A DNA stretch of 32,000 bases from Desulfobulbus propionicus DSM 2032 (lineage in GTDB: Bacteria > Desulfobacterota > Desulfobulbia > Desulfobulbales > Desulfobulbaceae). Below the pieces are notes generated by a model. That model made no database searches. It saw only the letters and a list, made by a program, of their open reading frames with translations, and was not told the DNA's origin. This document shows positions 1-11,543 of the stretch, in pieces. The stretch covers positions 2,310,001-2,342,000 of the forward strand of contig NC_014972.1 of assembly GCF_000186885.1 (NCBI RefSeq), read 5' to 3'. The stretch's first letter is position 1, and the number at the start of each line of letters is the position of its first letter. The position numbers were made by a program, and so were the translations under genes.

Positions 1-190
1 GCACCTCGATGCCGCTCATCTTTTTGAGCTTGATGTCGAGAATCGCCAGATCCACAGGATGCTGGCGGGCAAAGGCGATAGCCGCGTCCTCTTCGGTGAA
101 GGTATGGACCACATGTCCCTTTTTCTTGAGAATCTTACCGACCAGCACGGTGGCGTCGAGCACATCGTCCAGGGTGAGAATTTCAGCCAT
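1..190 (-). CDS. Response regulator receiver-domain protein (3' part truncated by window edge)
   Basis: Minus-strand translation MAEILTLDDVLDATVLVGKILKKKGHVVHTFTEEDAAIAFARQHPVDLAILDIKLKKMSG has the acidic pair and the LAILDIK phospho-acceptor pattern; ATG at 190-188 preceded by GGAGGAACAA. Confidence 0.85.
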   Translation of the reverse strand, partial: MAEILTLDDVLDATVLVGKILKKKGHVVHTFTEEDAAIAFARQHPVDLAILDIKLKKMSGIEV

Positions 191-219
191 TTGTTCCTCC
201 TTGCTCTGAATCCAAATGG

Positions 220-1782
220 TTATTCTTTTATCGCTGCCGTTTCCTCGGCTTCGGGCAGCGCCAGGCGGAACAGGGTGCCCGGCAGCTGGGTGCCGGCCGG
301 TCCGGAAACGGGACTTTCAATTTCAATGGTCCCGCCGTGCTCCTGAATAATGCCGTAGGAAACCGAAAGCCCCAAACCGGTCCCCTTCCCCACCGGCTTG
401 GTGGTGAAAAAGGGGTCGAAAATCCGCGCCTTGATGTGTTCCGGAATACCGTGGCCACTGTCGCGAACCTCGGCAATGACCTTACCGGTCTGGCGGTCGA
501 AGCGGGTGGCAAGGTGCAACTCGCCGCTGCCCTGCCCTTCCATGGCGTGATGGGCGTTGTTGATCAGATTGACGACCACCTGGCGCAGCTTTTCCGGGTC
601 GCCGACAATGGGCGGCAGATCGGGGGCCAACGTCAACAGCACCTTGATATGACTGAGGTTGAGACTGTGTTCGGTGATCGCCACGGCATCCTCGATGATC
701 TCGTTGACATCCACCGTTTCCCGGGCGCTGCCCGATTGGCGCGAATACTTGAGCAGATCGGCCACAATCTTGCGGCTGGCCTTGGTCTGACGCTCGATGA
801 CTTCAAGGTTCTGGTATGTTTCCGAATCCTTGTCAAAATCATCCATCATCAACTGGGCGTACCCAAGAATGATGCCGAGCGGCGTATTGATCTCGTGGGC
901 GATACCGGCGGCCATCTGTCCGACCGAGGCCATCTTTTCGCTGGACACCAGCTGCTCCATCATGGTCTTCAGCCGGGTCAAATCCTTGGCAATCCCTTCG
1001 GAGCCGATGATGTTGCCCTGTTCGTCATAGAGGGCGGTGGCCGAAATCAGCACGTAAATGGTCGTGCCGTCCTTTTTCTTGAATTCGGATTCGAGATCAC
1101 GAATATATCCATCCTTTTCCAGCATCACGGCGTAGGTGCGCACATCTCCCTCGTGGCGGAAAATATCGCGCAGAGTCAGCCGGGAGAGCTCATCGGCCGT
1201 GTAGCCCAGCATTTCCGAACCCGAGGCATTCATATCAAGAATTGCGTGACTGCTGTCGGAAAAAAAGACCATGTCCTTGGAGGCGGTGAACAGATGACGA
1301 AATTTCCGCTCCGACTTGGACAGCTCGGCCGTGCGCTCCTCGACCTTGTCTTCCAGGTTGAGGTTCAACTCCTTCAGTTCGTTGGCGGTTTGGGTTAGAC
1401 GAATCTTGGACTGTTTGAGCTTGGCCGCCTCCTGCTCAATGGCCTCGTATGCCTGCACTCCCTTGTGATAAAAAATCATCACTGCGGCCACTGAAATCAT
1501 GCACAGGGTATTGAACCCTCCGGAATAGGGGGCAATGCCCTGCCAAAGTTCCCCCCTGCCGACAATAAAAAGCAGTTCCTTGGCGATGTGGCCAACGGCC
1601 CTGGACACGGCAAAGGCGGTAATCGCCAGGGTGACGTAGAAAAGGCAACCCCAGAGAAAATTCTCCGGCTTGAGCCGGGTGAGACGAAAGGCGTACCACA
1701 GGGACAAAAAGGAAAAAAGGATATTGGCCGCCGAGCCGGCGATGTCGACAATGATGGTCGGCAGCAGGGGCAGGCCGTTCAT
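220..1782 (-). CDS. PAS-domain membrane sensor histidine kinase
   Basis: N-terminal hydrophobic segments, coiled region, PAS, HisKA motif ([21 protein letters not shown]), HATPase ([29 protein letters not shown]). The track ORF starts at 2232, but the real N-terminus is probably [12 protein letters not shown] at 1782, because the upstream part overlaps another gene in a different frame. Confidence 0.9.
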   Translation of the reverse strand: MNGLPLLPTIIVDIAGSAANILFSFLSLWYAFRLTRLKPENFLWGCLFYVTLAITAFAVSRAVGHIAKELLFIVGRGELWQGIAPYSGGFNTLCMISVAAVMIFYHKGVQAYEAIEQEAAKLKQSKIRLTQTANELKELNLNLEDKVEERTAELSKSERKFRHLFTASKDMVFFSDSSHAILDMNASGSEMLGYTADELSRLTLRDIFRHEGDVRTYAVMLEKDGYIRDLESEFKKKDGTTIYVLISATALYDEQGNIIGSEGIAKDLTRLKTMMEQLVSSEKMASVGQMAAGIAHEINTPLGIILGYAQLMMDDFDKDSETYQNLEVIERQTKASRKIVADLLKYSRQSGSARETVDVNEIIEDAVAITEHSLNLSHIKVLLTLAPDLPPIVGDPEKLRQVVVNLINNAHHAMEGQGSGELHLATRFDRQTGKVIAEVRDSGHGIPEHIKARIFDPFFTTKPVGKGTGLGLSVSYGIIQEHGGTIEIESPVSGPAGTQLPGTLFRLALPEAEETAAIKE

Positions 1783-2258
1783 TTGCCGCTCCCCGCCGAG
1801 GCGGTGACCACCGAACGATAAAACGAACGCAGGCCGAGAAAGAGGCAGAAAAGGGCCGGCACGTACATCAGATGATCGAGCTTGGTGATGAAATAGAGAT
1901 ACTGGTGCAGGGTCAGGGGGCCAACCAGCCGGGTCTGCAGGTAGCAATCGGTCTGCAACAGGGCCTGCGGATCGAGATAGACACCGACAAGATGACCAAT
2001 GAAGGCCAGCGTGTTCCAGCAGGCCATCAGAATACAGAACATCTGCAAGTAGCGCCATCCACGGCCGGTAAAGGAAGCGCGGCGGATATCCCAGTAAAAA
2101 TAACCGAGGGCAAAGATGTAGTGCAAGTGGGCCATCTGATGGACGTACAGCCCTTCCGGCTCCCCGTGCACCTGCAGGGCCAAGGCATTGTCCGGAAGGA
2201 CAAGAGCCAGGACGGCCATCACAAAAAACCATGTACGAGTGACTGTTCCTCTGGTCAT
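1779..2258 (-). CDS. Small membrane protein, likely signal/TM N-terminus, in operon with the histidine kinase
   Basis: MTRGTVTRTWFFVMAVLALVLPDNALA... followed by several hydrophobic segments; 4-bp ATGA overlap with the kinase start. The start could also be upstream at 2294 (GGGGGG tract before it). Confidence 0.65.
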   Translation of the reverse strand: MTRGTVTRTWFFVMAVLALVLPDNALALQVHGEPEGLYVHQMAHLHYIFALGYFYWDIRRASFTGRGWRYLQMFCILMACWNTLAFIGHLVGVYLDPQALLQTDCYLQTRLVGPLTLHQYLYFITKLDHLMYVPALFCLFLGLRSFYRSVVTASAGSGK

Positions 2259-2391
2259 CAAGGCACGTTCAGTTCGGGTTTCATGCACACACATTGTTCT
2301 GCCCCCCATTAGCACGATGCGTACCAGCCTTGGCACGCACCCGCCAACAATCAACTAATTCATTGAAAAAACAAACTTATCTTTCCATAGC

Positions 2392-2405
2392 CCGCCATAT
2401 GGCGG
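2392..2405. repeat. Perfect 14-bp palindrome CCGCCATATGGCGG in intergenic DNA, possible operator
   Basis: Direct reading of 2392-2405; lies about 100 bp upstream of the minus-strand membrane protein/kinase operon. Confidence 0.35.
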
Positions 2406-2750
2406 TAATGCGGCGTGCGCCTTGTGAAACGGGAAACCGCAACATAAAAGTTGCAGGAGAAACAAAAACAATGCGCCAGTCGCGAGACGGTTATTGAACG
2501 CTGATCAAGGAAGAAAAGAAATCAGGAAGAGAAAAGCGGGGCTTCAGCCAGCGTTCTGCCCGGCGCTGTGTTTCCCGTCAGAAATGACGCTGAACCGGCG
2601 AGGGGGTACGGCGGCAGCCGCCATCGGCCGATCCTCTGCGTGTCCCGGGCTGGCAAAGCACCCCTGAACCGGGAACCGCGCATGACAGCCGCCAACCCGC
2701 CGTCCCGGCAGGACTTTTTATACGGAAAACGAATTCGGCACGGACCGTTG

Positions 2751-4964
<2,214 letters not shown>

Positions 4965-5013
4965 TGCCGCCTCTCCAGGGAACATGTTCGTGTCACACGC
5001 TATCAACTTATTT

Positions 5014-5042
5014 AAAATACTTCAAAATCGTCGATAGATCAA
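5014..5042 (-). promoter_or_regulatory. Candidate sigma-70-like promoter for ppk1
   Basis: Minus strand TTGATC (5042-5037), 17-nt spacer, TATTTT (5019-5014), about 50 nt upstream of the ppk1 start codon. Confidence 0.35.
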
Positions 5043-5178
5043 GCCCCTCCAACCCCTCGTTCACTTCCAGTAGCCGTTTCCCCTTTTATCGCCCGCAAGC
5101 GGTGACGATCCACGGACCCTTGCGCTACCGCCTCCGGAACCAGGCCGCGCCCGCTCCTTCCCTGTTCCCCCTTGCGCG

Positions 5179-6561
5179 TCATGCCCCTGCGTCCGCAACC
5201 AATCGATAGCACGGGATGTAGGTGCTGGTCGGCAAGCGCATCCGTTGCTGCTCGACAAAGGCAGTGAGCAGGGTGTCGAGGGGCTGCATGATGCGGGCGT
5301 CGCCGCACAGTTCAAACAATCCCTTTTCCTCGATGGCCCGAATACCGGCATCCTTGACGTTGCCGGCGACGATCCCGGAAAAGGCCCGGCGCAGGTTGGA
5401 CGCCAGCAGATGCGGCGGCTGATTCTTGTGCAAGTTCAGACTGCGCATGTTGTCATGACTGGGCACAAAGGGGAGTTGCAGGCTGAGATCGATGTTGAGC
5501 ATCCAGTTGAAATAATAGGCGTCGTCGGTCTTGAGCCGGAACTGGCGGACCTTCTCGACGCCTTCCAGGGTCTTGCGGGCCACGGTTTCGGGATCGTCGA
5601 TGATGATCCGGTACATCTGCCGCGCCGCCGGCCCCAGGGTATCGGTGATGAAGTGGTCGATCTGCTCGAAATAGCCGGCCGCGCTGGCCGGTCCGGTGAA
5701 GATCAGCGGCAAGGGGATACGCGAGTTTTCCGGATCAAGCAAGATGCTGAGGATATAGAGAATCTCTTCGGCCGTGCCCACGCCGCCGGGAAAGACAATC
5801 ACCGCGTGGCCGACGCGGACAAAGGCCTCCAGCCGCTTTTCGATATCCGGCATGATCACCAGATCGTTGACAATGGGATTGGGCGATTCCGAGGCAATGA
5901 TCCCCGGTTCGGTGATCCCCAAATACTGGCCGGTGTAGATCCGTTGCTTGGCGTGGCCGATGGTCGCGCCCTTCATCGGCCCCTTCATCGCCCCCGGTCC
6001 GCAGCCGGTGCAGATGTCGAGCCCGCGCAATCCCAGCTGATAACCGACCTCCTTGCTGTAATCGTATTCCGCGGGGGATATTGAATGGCCGCCCCAGCAA
6101 ACCACCAGCCGTGGCGGGGTGCCGGGCCGCATGATGCGAGCGTTGCGCAGGATATGGAAGACGGCGTTGGTGATGCCGTCGGAGGTGGCCAGATCGAAAC
6201 GGGGATTGTTGTTGATGGTGTCATCGACGTAGACGATATCGCGGAGCACCGCAAACAGGTGCTCCGTGATGCCGCGGATCATTTTGCCATCGACAAAGGC
6301 GCTGGCCGGGGCGTTGCGCAGATCGAGCTTGATGCCGCGTTCTTCCTGAATCACCCGGATGTCGAAATCCTTGTACCGTTCCAACAGTTCCCGACCGTCG
6401 TCGAGATAACCGCCGTAGTTGAGCACCGCCAGCGACGAGTTGCGAAACAGGGGATAGAGCTCGCCCTGGCTGGCATTGAGCAGTTTGCCCACCTCCAGCC
6501 GGGACAACACGTCCAGGCTGCCGTTGGGGCTAATACGGCCGTCGATGACATCATACTGCAT
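5179..6561 (-). CDS. ppnN: LOG-family nucleotide 5'-monophosphate nucleosidase, PpnN/YgdH-like
   Basis: Rossmann/LOG-type segments: VVCWGGHSIS, CTGCGPGAMKGPMKGA, PGGVGTAEEI; full length 460 aa with conserved PpnN-like N-terminus. Confidence 0.85.
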   Translation of the reverse strand: MQYDVIDGRISPNGSLDVLSRLEVGKLLNASQGELYPLFRNSSLAVLNYGGYLDDGRELLERYKDFDIRVIQEERGIKLDLRNAPASAFVDGKMIRGITEHLFAVLRDIVYVDDTINNNPRFDLATSDGITNAVFHILRNARIMRPGTPPRLVVCWGGHSISPAEYDYSKEVGYQLGLRGLDICTGCGPGAMKGPMKGATIGHAKQRIYTGQYLGITEPGIIASESPNPIVNDLVIMPDIEKRLEAFVRVGHAVIVFPGGVGTAEEILYILSILLDPENSRIPLPLIFTGPASAAGYFEQIDHFITDTLGPAARQMYRIIIDDPETVARKTLEGVEKVRQFRLKTDDAYYFNWMLNIDLSLQLPFVPSHDNMRSLNLHKNQPPHLLASNLRRAFSGIVAGNVKDAGIRAIEEKGLFELCGDARIMQPLDTLLTAFVEQQRMRLPTSTYIPCYRLVADAGA

Positions 6562-6683
6562 AAAAAATATCCTTTAAAAACAATTGAATGAACATAATCC
6601 CTCCTATTGGGGCTGACGGAACAGCGCTTGCGTGAGGTTTGCGCGTACTCGACCCGTCTCGGCGAGCAACGGCAGACATTATC

Positions 6684-6723
6684 TTGCCCCTCTTGTAGAG
6701 AGAAAAAGGAAAAAGAGGGGCAA
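6684..6723. repeat. Perfect 11-bp inverted repeat TTGCCCCTCTT-18 nt-AAGAGGGGCAA
   Basis: Arms 6684-6694 and 6713-6723 in the gap between the oxidoreductase 3' end and the ppnN start. Confidence 0.5.
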
Positions 6724-6804
6724 CGAAGCCGTGAACGAAAATAACCCGAGGCAAACAAGTACGTCTCTTGTCCTAATCATGAAAACCGTGGACAAAAGAA
6801 GCTT

Positions 6805-7809
6805 TCAGTCGCCAATACGGACGATGGCCCTCCCCCGGTTTTTTCCTTGGAGAATGAGGCCGATGCGCTCATCCAGCGCCTCCAGATTGGGCAGTTCGGT
6901 GGTGATGGTGTCGAGGTGGTCCAGCTTCCACTCGCCTGACAGTCGCTTCCAAACCCGCCGGCGCAGCGGTGCGGGACAGTTGACCGAATCGATGCCCAAG
7001 AGGCTGACGCCGTTGAGGATGAAGGGGTAAATCGAGGTGTGCAGCTCACCGGAGGTAATATTGCCGCAACAGGTGACCGTGCCGCCGTAACGGGTGGCCT
7101 TGATCGCTGTGCTGAGGATATTGCCGCCCACCGTATCCACCGCGCCTGCCCAGCGTGGTTTAAGCAGAGGGCGACCGCTCTGGTCATCCACCTCGGAGGA
7201 GCTGATCACCTCGTTGGCGCCGATCTGCCGCAGATAGGACGTTTCCGCCCCTTTGGTGGTGGCTGCCATGACCTTGTAGCCGCACTTGGCGAGAATGGCC
7301 ACGGCGATGGAGCCCACACCGCCGGTGGCGCCGGTCACCAGAATCGGTCCATGGCCCGCAGCCACACCGTTGTCGATCAGCCGCAGGCAGGAAAGCGCGG
7401 CAGTAAACCCGGCCGTGCCGTAGATCATGCTCTCGCGCAGGCTCAATCCGGCCGGCAGGGGGACCACCCAGGCAGCAGGTACCCGGATATATTCGGCAAA
7501 GCCGCCGCTGGTATTCATCCCCAGGTCAAACCCGGTCACCAGCACTTCATCGCCGGGTTTGACGTTCGGCGCGCTGCTCTCGGCCACGATTCCGGCCGCG
7601 TCGATGCCCGGAGTATGCGGGTAGCGGCGGGTAACGCCCTTGTTGCCCGAGGCGGAGAGCGCATCTTTGTAATTAAGGGAGGAGTAACGGACCCGAATCA
7701 GCACCTCACCGACAGGCAGGTCGTCGACGTGCCGCTCGCCAATGGCGCGGACAAACTGCTTCTCTTCGGTTTCGGTGACGATCATGGCCTTAAATGCACG
7801 GTTGTCCAT
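6805..7809 (-). CDS. YhdH/AcuI family NADPH-quinone/acrylyl-CoA-type oxidoreductase (MDR superfamily)
   Basis: Starts MDNRAFKAMIVTET; MDR features RYSSLNYKDALSASG, YPHTPGIDAAG, VTGATGGVGSIAVAILAKCGYKV. Strong GGAGGAAGC RBS. Confidence 0.9.
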   Translation of the reverse strand: MDNRAFKAMIVTETEEKQFVRAIGERHVDDLPVGEVLIRVRYSSLNYKDALSASGNKGVTRRYPHTPGIDAAGIVAESSAPNVKPGDEVLVTGFDLGMNTSGGFAEYIRVPAAWVVPLPAGLSLRESMIYGTAGFTAALSCLRLIDNGVAAGHGPILVTGATGGVGSIAVAILAKCGYKVMAATTKGAETSYLRQIGANEVISSSEVDDQSGRPLLKPRWAGAVDTVGGNILSTAIKATRYGGTVTCCGNITSGELHTSIYPFILNGVSLLGIDSVNCPAPLRRRVWKRLSGEWKLDHLDTITTELPNLEALDERIGLILQGKNRGRAIVRIGD

Positions 7810-8043
7810 AGCTTCCTCCTTGGGCGGGTTGTGGGTCCTAGCGGATCATTGATCGGTGTACTACTATATGGAGTTCCTCGCTGCAGCGCAAGGTGTGCCG
7901 GGGCCGCCCCGAGGCTGGACAAAGAGATGTTTGCTTTCTCTTCGGGTGATGGTAAAAGAGCAACTTGGGGCAAGCCGCCGCCCCTCCATCCGCCGCTCCG
8001 CCCCTCATCAATCTTCTTATCGATCTGCGACCCGCTCTCTTTC

Positions 8044-9249
8044 ATGCTCAACCGCATACTCGTTACCGTGGTGCTCTCGGTGTTCATCGCCCTCTTGGGC
8101 GTTGGCATCATCATTCCGGTGCTGCCGGTTCTGGCAACTTCCCTGGGAGCCTCCGGCTTTGCCCTGGGGTTGATCACCGCCGCCTTTTCCCTGAGCCGCG
8201 GCCTGCTGCAACCGGTGGTTGGCAACCTGTCCGACCGTTGGGGGAGAAAAGGGTTTCTCGTCGGCGGCCTGTTCATCTATGGCTTGGTCGGCTTGCTCAT
8301 TCCCCACGCCGGCAGTGTTGGCCACCTGGTAATGATCCGCCTCTTTCAGGGTGTGGGCGCGGCGATGATCGTACCCGTGGCCATGGCCTATGCCAGTTTT
8401 CTCGCGCCTCCGGGCCAGGAAGGCCGATACATGGGGGTGATCAACATTGCCATCTTCTGCGGCATCGGCTGCGGCCCGATTGCTGGCGGAATTGTCTCTG
8501 ATATGTGGGGACTGGCCTCGGTTTTTCACATCATGGCCGGACTTTGCTTTTTCTCTTTCCTCCTCGTGATGGTCAACATGCCCTCGGTTTGTCCGATCGA
8601 TCAACGGCAACAGGTTGGGCTGTGGGTTAATATTCGGCTGATGCTGAACCGACGGCGAACAATGGGCATTTTCATTGCCCGCTTCGGCACCGTGCTGATG
8701 ATGGTCCCGACCATGGCCTTTCTGCCGGTGATGATGGCCCAATGGCCGGACAGCACCGGTTTCCAGACCGGGCTGGTCATTGCCGGCCGCACCCTGGTCA
8801 ACGCCCTGCTCCAATACCCCTTCGGCTGGGTGGCCGACCGCTGCGACAAGGTGCTGCTCCTGCTCATCGGCTGCGGCTGCATGAGCATAGCCGTTTTTCT
8901 CATCCCGACCATGACCACCTTCCCGACCATGGTCGGGATCTATCTGTTCCTCGGCTTGGGCGAAGCGGTGCTCTGGCCGGTGCTGGGCGCCTACGCCGCC
9001 GAAGAGGGTCGAACCCATTTCGGCCATGGCACGATGATGGGGGTATTCAACCTGGCGATGAGCGCGGGCGTGTTTACCGGCGCCCTGCTTGCGGGGATGA
9101 GCATGGATTCGCTCGGAATGCGGCAGGCTTTTTTCGTCACCGCCGGTGCCATCATGCTCCTCACCGTGATGGCGGCCATCTTGATCCGCAGCGGCGAGGC
9201 GGCTGGAGAGGCCGAAGAACAGCGCCCCCCCTCCTCACCTTGCGGATAA
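8044..9249 (+). CDS. Major facilitator superfamily transporter
   Basis: Multiple TM segments with MFS signature VGNLSDRWGRKGFLVGG and a second-half repeat (PFGWVADRCDK). Start placed at MLNRILVTVVLSV (8044); the upstream extension to 7039 is antisense to the oxidoreductase gene. Confidence 0.9.
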   Translation: MLNRILVTVVLSVFIALLGVGIIIPVLPVLATSLGASGFALGLITAAFSLSRGLLQPVVGNLSDRWGRKGFLVGGLFIYGLVGLLIPHAGSVGHLVMIRLFQGVGAAMIVPVAMAYASFLAPPGQEGRYMGVINIAIFCGIGCGPIAGGIVSDMWGLASVFHIMAGLCFFSFLLVMVNMPSVCPIDQRQQVGLWVNIRLMLNRRRTMGIFIARFGTVLMMVPTMAFLPVMMAQWPDSTGFQTGLVIAGRTLVNALLQYPFGWVADRCDKVLLLLIGCGCMSIAVFLIPTMTTFPTMVGIYLFLGLGEAVLWPVLGAYAAEEGRTHFGHGTMMGVFNLAMSAGVFTGALLAGMSMDSLGMRQAFFVTAGAIMLLTVMAAILIRSGEAAGEAEEQRPPSSPCG

Positions 9250-9295
9250 TGTCTTAAATTTGTTGATAATACAACTTTTTCATCCCATGGATCAC

Positions 9296-9324
9296 TTGAC
9301 GTGATCCGTTATTCTGGTTATTTA
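9296..9324 (+). promoter_or_regulatory. Sigma-70-like promoter for tRNA-Leu
   Basis: TTGACG (9296-9301), 17-nt spacer, TATTTA (9319-9324), ending 17 nt before the mature tRNA 5' end. Confidence 0.55.
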
Positions 9325-9341
9325 ATGCTGTTTAATGTAAT

Positions 9342-9426
9342 GCGAGCGTGGCGAAATTGGCAGACGCACCAGACTTAGGATCTGGCGGTACCCACCTTGG
9401 GGGTTCGACTCCCCCCGCTCGCACCA
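9342..9426 (+). tRNA. tRNA-Leu, anticodon UAG
   Basis: GCGAGCG/CGCTCGC acceptor stem, anticodon stem-loop CCAGA-CTTAGGA-TCTGG, type II variable arm, T arm GGGGGTTCGACTCCCCC, encoded CCA at 9424-9426. Confidence 0.96.
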
Positions 9427-9540
9427 CCCTTCCCGAGCCCATCAAGCACAGCGCGCGAATCAAGACGAACAGCGAGCTGACAATAACTGCGCCGCCGGGG
9501 TCACAGCCGCGGAAACACGAACAAGAGGAACCGTAAGTCC

Positions 9541-10866
9541 ATGGAAATCGTTGTCGAACATCTCTCTGACCTGACAAAAAAACTGACCATCACCCTTCCC
9601 AAGGAAACCGTTGGCCCGGCCCTTGAAAAGGCCTATGCCAAGATCAACAAAGAGGTCAAGTTGAAGGGGTTCCGTCGCGGTAAGATTCCCCAAAGCGTAC
9701 TCGAAAACAATTTTGGTGCGCAAATTCAAGCCGAAGTGGGGGAAAAACTGGTCCAGGAGAGCTACTTTGACGCCATTGAAAAGGAAAAGCTTGAGCCGGT
9801 CGTCCATCCCGAAATTACCGAGCACAACTTTCCCGAAGACGGGACCTTTGTCTACGTTGCCTTGGTCGATATCAAACCCCAGTTCGAGCTCAAGGAGTAC
9901 AAGGGCCTTGAGGTGGAAAAACCGGTGGTCACCGTCAGCGATGAAGAGGTCGAAAACGAGATCAAGCTGTTGCAGCGCCATCAGGCGGTACTGCAGACCG
10001 CCGAGGAAGGCCACGCCATCGCCATGGACGACGTGGCCATCGTCGATTTTCAGGGCTTCCACAACGGCAAGGCGATGAAAGAGGTGCGCAACGAAAATTT
10101 CAGTGTCGATATCGGCATGCACCGCCTGGGCAAGGATTTCGAGGAAAAGCTGCTGGGCCTGAAAAAGGGCGACAAAACTCTTTACGAGATCACTTTCCCG
10201 GCCGACTATCCCAATCCGCTGCTGGCGGGTAAAACCGTTGAGTTCAAGGTGGACGTCAAAGACGTCAAAGTGCGGGTCAAACCCGAACTTGACGATGAGT
10301 TCGCCAAGGATATCAAGCCTGAACTGACCACCTTGGAGGAGCTGAAAAAGGATATCCGCGACCGTCTGCAGAAAACCAAGGACGATGCCCTGAAGGGTGA
10401 TCTTGACGACAAGATCATGCACAAATTGATTGACCTCAATCCTTTCGAGGTACCCCAACGGCTGGTCAACTACGAGATCCAGGAGATGCTCAAGCAGACC
10501 GAGGAGAATCTCAAACGCAGCGGCTTGTCGTTTGAGTCCGCCGGTATTAATTTGGAAGAGCTAGTCGAGAAAAACAAGGAGGTGGCCGTCAAGCGGGTCA
10601 AGGGCGATTTCCTGCTGAAAAAGATTGCCGAGATCGAGGAAATCAAGATTGCCGACGAGGACATCCAGCGCGGCTATCAGCGCATTGCCGACCAATATCG
10701 CATGACCCTGGATGAAGTGAAAAAATATTTTAAACGCCGCGAGGAAATTCTGCCGTTCATGAATGAGCTGCACAACGAGAAAATCCTCAATTTCCTGCGG
10801 GAACAGGCTAAATTCATCGAAGTGGCCGCCGCTACCGAACCCTCGGCGGCGCAGGCCGAAGCCTGA
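9541..10866 (+). CDS. tig: Trigger factor, ribosome-associated chaperone
   Basis: N-terminal ribosome-binding motif FRRGKIPQSVLE, PPIase-like domain, and position directly upstream of clpP-clpX-lon. Confidence 0.95.
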   Translation: MEIVVEHLSDLTKKLTITLPKETVGPALEKAYAKINKEVKLKGFRRGKIPQSVLENNFGAQIQAEVGEKLVQESYFDAIEKEKLEPVVHPEITEHNFPEDGTFVYVALVDIKPQFELKEYKGLEVEKPVVTVSDEEVENEIKLLQRHQAVLQTAEEGHAIAMDDVAIVDFQGFHNGKAMKEVRNENFSVDIGMHRLGKDFEEKLLGLKKGDKTLYEITFPADYPNPLLAGKTVEFKVDVKDVKVRVKPELDDEFAKDIKPELTTLEELKKDIRDRLQKTKDDALKGDLDDKIMHKLIDLNPFEVPQRLVNYEIQEMLKQTEENLKRSGLSFESAGINLEELVEKNKEVAVKRVKGDFLLKKIAEIEEIKIADEDIQRGYQRIADQYRMTLDEVKKYFKRREEILPFMNELHNEKILNFLREQAKFIEVAAATEPSAAQAEA

Positions 10867-10886
10867 TATTTGTTAAAGTGTTCCCC

Positions 10887-10912
10887 GACGGCGGGCCAGT
10901 CGGCCCGCCGTC
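10887..10912. repeat. Perfect 11-bp-stem hairpin GACGGCGGGCC-AGTC-GGCCCGCCGTC between tig and clpP
   Basis: Arms 10887-10897 and 10902-10912 with a 4-nt loop; no clean T-run immediately after (ACAATGTGTTTTC). Confidence 0.7.
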
Positions 10913-10938
10913 ACAATGTGTTTTCTGGAGAAGTGAAC

Positions 10939-11541
10939 ATGAACCTAGTCCCCATGGTTGTTGAACAGAGTCCGCGCGGCGAGCGGGCTTTTGATATCTA
11001 TTCCCGGCTGCTGAAGGAGCGGATCATCTTTCTTGGCACGCAGGTTAACGACGACGTGGCCAGCCTGGTGGTCGCCCAGCTGCTCTTTCTTGAAGCCGAG
11101 GATCCGGACAAGGATATCACCTTTTACATCAACTCCCCGGGAGGTTCGGTGACCGCCGGCATGGCCATCTATGACACCATGCAGTACATCCGTTGCGATG
11201 TGGCCACCCTCTGCATGGGGCAGGCCGCGTCCATGGGGGCCCTGCTGCTGGCCAGCGGCGCGGCTGGCAAACGGTTCGCCCTGCCCAATTCGCGGATCAT
11301 GATCCATCAGCCCATGGGCGGCTACCAGGGACAAGCCACGGATATCGATATTCATGCCCGGGAGATTCTACGCATGCGGCATGATCTCAACACCATTTTG
11401 GCCAGGCATACCGGCAAATCGATGAAGAAAATCCAGGCCGACACTGAGCGCGACAACTTCATGAGCGCCACGGAGGCATGCGAGTACGGTATCATCGACA
11501 AAGTTTTAACCAACCGCGAGGAACTGGGCGGGGAGAAGTAA
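10939..11541 (+). CDS. clpP: ATP-dependent Clp protease proteolytic subunit
   Basis: [33 protein letters not shown]..., catalytic Ser in [14 protein letters not shown], catalytic His in [10 protein letters not shown]; RBS CTGGAGAAG. Confidence 0.97.
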   Translation: MNLVPMVVEQSPRGERAFDIYSRLLKERIIFLGTQVNDDVASLVVAQLLFLEAEDPDKDITFYINSPGGSVTAGMAIYDTMQYIRCDVATLCMGQAASMGALLLASGAAGKRFALPNSRIMIHQPMGGYQGQATDIDIHAREILRMRHDLNTILARHTGKSMKKIQADTERDNFMSATEACEYGIIDKVLTNREELGGEK

Positions 11542-11543
11542 CG

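Noticed and set aside
1783-2232. N-terminal extension of the PAS kinase ORF
   Set aside because: Overlaps the upstream membrane protein in a different frame and reads as non-protein-like Arg/Pro/Ser-rich sequence; an ATGA-coupled start at 1782 is more plausible.
2568-2750. 5' portion of the plus-strand ORF 2568-3428 as a possible gene in the intergenic gap
   Set aside because: Most of the ORF is antisense to ppk1 and the unique N-terminal portion has no convincing RBS or domain.
7039-8043. N-terminal extension of the MFS ORF in the track
   Set aside because: The extension is antisense to the oxidoreductase gene and not membrane-protein-like; the MFS fold begins at MLNRILVTVV (8044).
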